Shown here one piece after another: positions 61,339 to 64,000 of a stretch of DNA of 64,000 nt. Both the position numbers and the translations under genes were made by a program. The stretch comes from an uncultured Pelagibacteraceae bacterium. Lineage in GTDB: Bacteria; Pseudomonadota; Alphaproteobacteria; Pelagibacterales; Pelagibacteraceae. Where the stretch lies: positions 8,247 through 72,246 of the forward strand of contig CACFNI010000001.1 in NCBI GenBank assembly GCA_902567765.1, read 5' to 3'. Each line of letters starts with the position of its first letter. The stretch's first letter is position 1. The notes beneath the pieces are model-generated. The model had not been told where the DNA came from, did no database searches, and saw only the letters and a program-made list of their open reading frames with translations.

Positions 61339-64000
61339 TTATTGATTTACTGGAGTTTCTGCAGGTTCAATTTTTTCTTGCTCGGATAAAAATTTTTGAT
61401 CATCATCTAGAGCCTTTTTATTCCAATCATTTTTTATTGATCCTGTACCAGCAGGAACCAATCTTCCAACAATAACATTTTCTTTTAATCCTTGGAGTTT
61501 GTCAACTTTTCCTTTAATTGCCGCATCAGTTAAAACTCTTGTTGTTTCTTGGAATGAAGCCGCAGAAATGAAGGACTCGGTTTGTAATGATGCTTTTGTA
61601 ATACCCATTAAAACTCTTTCACCAACTGCCGGTTTCTTATTTTCTGCTTTGAGTTTTTCATTCATTGTATCAAATTTTATTCTCTCAATTATTTCTCCAG
61701 GTAATAAATTTGAGTCACCTGAAGCTTTAACCTCAATTTTCTTTAACATCTGTCTTAAAATAGTTTCGATATGCTTATCGTTAATTACAACTCCTTGTAA
61801 CCTGTAAACTTCTTGAACTTGATTTACAAAATACTCTGTTAATTCTTCAATTCCTAGTATTCTTAAAATATCATGAGGTAAAGGTTGGCCATCCAGTAAA
61901 TATTCACCTTTTTTTATTTTTTCACCTTGATTAAAATTAATATGTTTGCCTTTTGGAATTAAATAATTTGAAGTTTCGCCACCTTCAGCTACTATCGAGA
62001 CTCTTTGTTTTCCTCTAACTTCTTTCCCAAACAAAACTTTACCATCATTTTCTGCTATTATTGCGCTATCTTTAGCTTTTCTTGCTTCAAATAATTCAGC
62101 AACTCTTGGTAAGCCTCCAGTTATATCTTTAGTTTTTGAGGTTTCTTTTGGAAGTCTAGCTATAACGTCACCAGCATATATTTTCTGACCATCCTTAACT
62201 GATAAAATTGAATCTGGAACTAAATAATATCTAGCTTCATTATCGTCAGCTTTTTTAATAACATTTCCCTTTTCATCTCTTAACGTTATTCTTGGTTTTA
62301 AATCAGTATTTTTGGACTGCGATCTCCAGTCAATTACTGATTTTGAGGATATACCTGTTGTATCATCTGTTATCTCTTGCAAAGATACACCGTCAATTAA
62401 ATCGACATATCCAGCAATACCACTTTTTTCTGCAATGACTGGTGTTGTATATGGATCCCATTCACAAATTTTAGAATTCTTTTTAACTTTATCACCATTT
62501 TGAAAGAAAAGTTTTGATCCATATGGTACTTTATAAATTGCTACTTGTACACCTTTCTCATCTTCTATAGATATCTGAGTGTTTCTACCCATAACAATTA
62601 AATTTTTCTTTGAGTCCTCAATAAGATTTGTATTAATAATTTTTAATATCCCATCTGTCTTTGTGACTATTTGAGATTCTTGTTTTATAGAAGCTGTTCC
62701 TCCGACGTGAAAGGTTCTCATGGTAAGTTGAGTTCCTGGTTCTCCAATAGACTGTGCTGATATCATTCCAATAGCTTCACCAACATGAACCATTTTTCCT
62801 CTAGAAAGATCTCTTCCATAACTCATTGCACAAACTCCTTCTTTAGATCCACATGTTATAACTGAATAAACATTTATAGATTTTACTCCAGCAGCATCAA
62901 TTTTTTCACATCCTGACTCATCAATCATTTCACCTTTCTTAATAATTTTTTCACCAGTAACAGGATTTTTTACGTCATTAGCAGCAACTCTTCCTAAAGC
63001 TCTCTCCGATAATCCGACAATTACATTTCCACCTTCAATAATTTCTGACAAATTAATACTTCCTGCTTTTCCACAATCACACTCTTTCTTGGTAATAGTC
63101 AAATCTTGAGCCACGTCGCATAATCTTCTAGTTAAATACCCAGAATTTGCAGTTTTAAGAGCTGTATCAGCTAGACCCTTTCTAGCTCCATGAGTTGAAT
63201 TAAAATATTCCAATGCGGTTAACCCTTCTTTAAAATTAGAAGTAATTGGTGTTTCAATAATTTCTCCTGACGGTTTAGCTATCAAGCCTCTCATTCCCGC
63301 AAGCTGTTTCATTTGTGCTGCTGATCCCCTTGCTCCGCTATCAGCCATCATAAATACAGAATTAATTTTAAGACCTTCATCAGTTGTTTCTGTAGCAGAT
63401 ATACCTTTCATCATTTCGCCAGCTACTTTATCTGTACATTTAGACCATGCATCAACAACTTTATTATATTTCTCACCTCTTGTAATAAGTCCCTCTGAAT
63501 ATTGATTTTCATAATCAGCAATAAGTTTTTTTGTTTCATTAATTAGCTGATCTTTGTTTGTTGGTATGACTAAATCGTCTTTTCCAAATGATATTCCAGC
63601 TCTAAAAGCGTGCTTAAATCCTAAATCTTTTAACTTGTCACAAAAAATTACAGTTTTCTTTTGTCCACAAAATCTAAAAACAATGTCTATTACCTCTGAT
63701 ACTATTTTTTTTGGTAGCAATCTATCTACTAAAGAAAATTTAATTTTATTATTTTTTGGTAAAACGTTTGCTAATAAAAATCTTCCTACAGTACTAGTAT
63801 ATTTTTCAATTTTTTTATCTCCTTTTTCGTCAATTGTTTCGAATCTAGATATGATTTTTGAATGAACTTTTAATTGACCGCTTTCAAGAGCATGTTCTAT
63901 TTCTGCATTATCAACAAAATAACCTTCTATTTTATCTTTTGAAACAGGTTCCTGAGATAAATAATAAATCCCTAAAATCATATCTTGACTCGGAACTATT
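61339..64000 (-). CDS. rpoC: RNA polymerase subunit beta' (3' part; gene starts beyond the right edge)
   Basis: Frame is open to the window edge (IVPSQDMILG...); SGARGS, HGARKGLADTALKTANSGYLTRRL, AQSIGEPGTQLTMRTFH, SFISAASFQETT, GLKENVIVG. Confidence 0.99.
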   Translation of the reverse strand, partial: IVPSQDMILGIYYLSQEPVSKDKIEGYFVDNAEIEHALESGQLKVHSKIISRFETIDEKGDKKIEKYTSTVGRFLLANVLPKNNKIKFSLVDRLLPKKIVSEVIDIVFRFCGQKKTVIFCDKLKDLGFKHAFRAGISFGKDDLVIPTNKDQLINETKKLIADYENQYSEGLITRGEKYNKVVDAWSKCTDKVAGEMMKGISATETTDEGLKINSVFMMADSGARGSAAQMKQLAGMRGLIAKPSGEIIETPITSNFKEGLTALEYFNSTHGARKGLADTALKTANSGYLTRRLCDVAQDLTITKKECDCGKAGSINLSEIIEGGNVIVGLSERALGRVAANDVKNPVTGEKIIKKGEMIDESGCEKIDAAGVKSINVYSVITCGSKEGVCAMSYGRDLSRGKMVHVGEAIGMISAQSIGEPGTQLTMRTFHVGGTASIKQESQIVTKTDGILKIINTNLIEDSKKNLIVMGRNTQISIEDEKGVQVAIYKVPYGSKLFFQNGDKVKKNSKICEWDPYTTPVIAEKSGIAGYVDLIDGVSLQEITDDTTGISSKSVIDWRSQSKNTDLKPRITLRDEKGNVIKKADDNEARYYLVPDSILSVKDGQKIYAGDVIARLPKETSKTKDITGGLPRVAELFEARKAKDSAIIAENDGKVLFGKEVRGKQRVSIVAEGGETSNYLIPKGKHINFNQGEKIKKGEYLLDGQPLPHDILRILGIEELTEYFVNQVQEVYRLQGVVINDKHIETILRQMLKKIEVKASGDSNLLPGEIIERIKFDTMNEKLKAENKKPAVGERVLMGITKASLQTESFISAASFQETTRVLTDAAIKGKVDKLQGLKENVIVGRLVPAGTGSIKNDWNKKALDDDQKFLSEQEKIEPAETPVNQ

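Noticed and set aside
1-64000. CRISPR arrays, IS elements, rRNA, riboswitches (FMN before rib genes, glycine before glyA or sox)
   Set aside because: No spaced repeats, transposases or rRNA-like sequence seen. The gaps before ribD, glyA and soxB are too short for these riboswitches.

Overview
AT-rich, very tightly packed alphaproteobacterial chromosome segment. Gene content, gene order and protein style fit Pelagibacterales (SAR11); this assignment is an inference, not a database result. Almost all of it is core genome. In window order: hppA (partial); thiL-nusB-ribH-ribB(X)-riboflavin synthase-ribD-nrdR-glyA-rpiB plus an uncharacterised Fe(II)/2OG dioxygenase; hemB; recO-rnc-lepB-acpS-pdxJ-pyrE-rsh-folK-smpB-dapA; a soluble lytic transglycosylase; a two-gene glycosyltransferase islet at the 3' end of tRNA-Ser(GCT); soxBDAG; MATE-trhO-O-methyltransferase-gatBAC; ruvX-pyrB-pyrC'-plsY-topA-Rid; ugd-galU; panC; mgtE; lipB; rluC; the alpha/spc/S10/str ribosomal supercluster; and the 3' part of rpoC. 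I found no CRISPR array, IS element, integrase or prophage. The main observations are: (1) a TrmR-like O-methyltransferase translationally coupled to TrhO inside the gatCAB unit, a possible O2-dependent 5-methoxyuridine tRNA pathway; (2) three RNA polymerase/stringent-response oddities: rpoZ missing from its usual folK-rsh slot, an Rsh lacking its zinc-finger region, and an apparent ligand swap in the beta' Zn-II site; (3) a beta-hydroxylase-fold dioxygenase heading the glyA unit; (4) candidate leaderless promoters and a symmetric bidirectional promoter; (5) two pseudo-enzyme domains (PyrC', RibBX).
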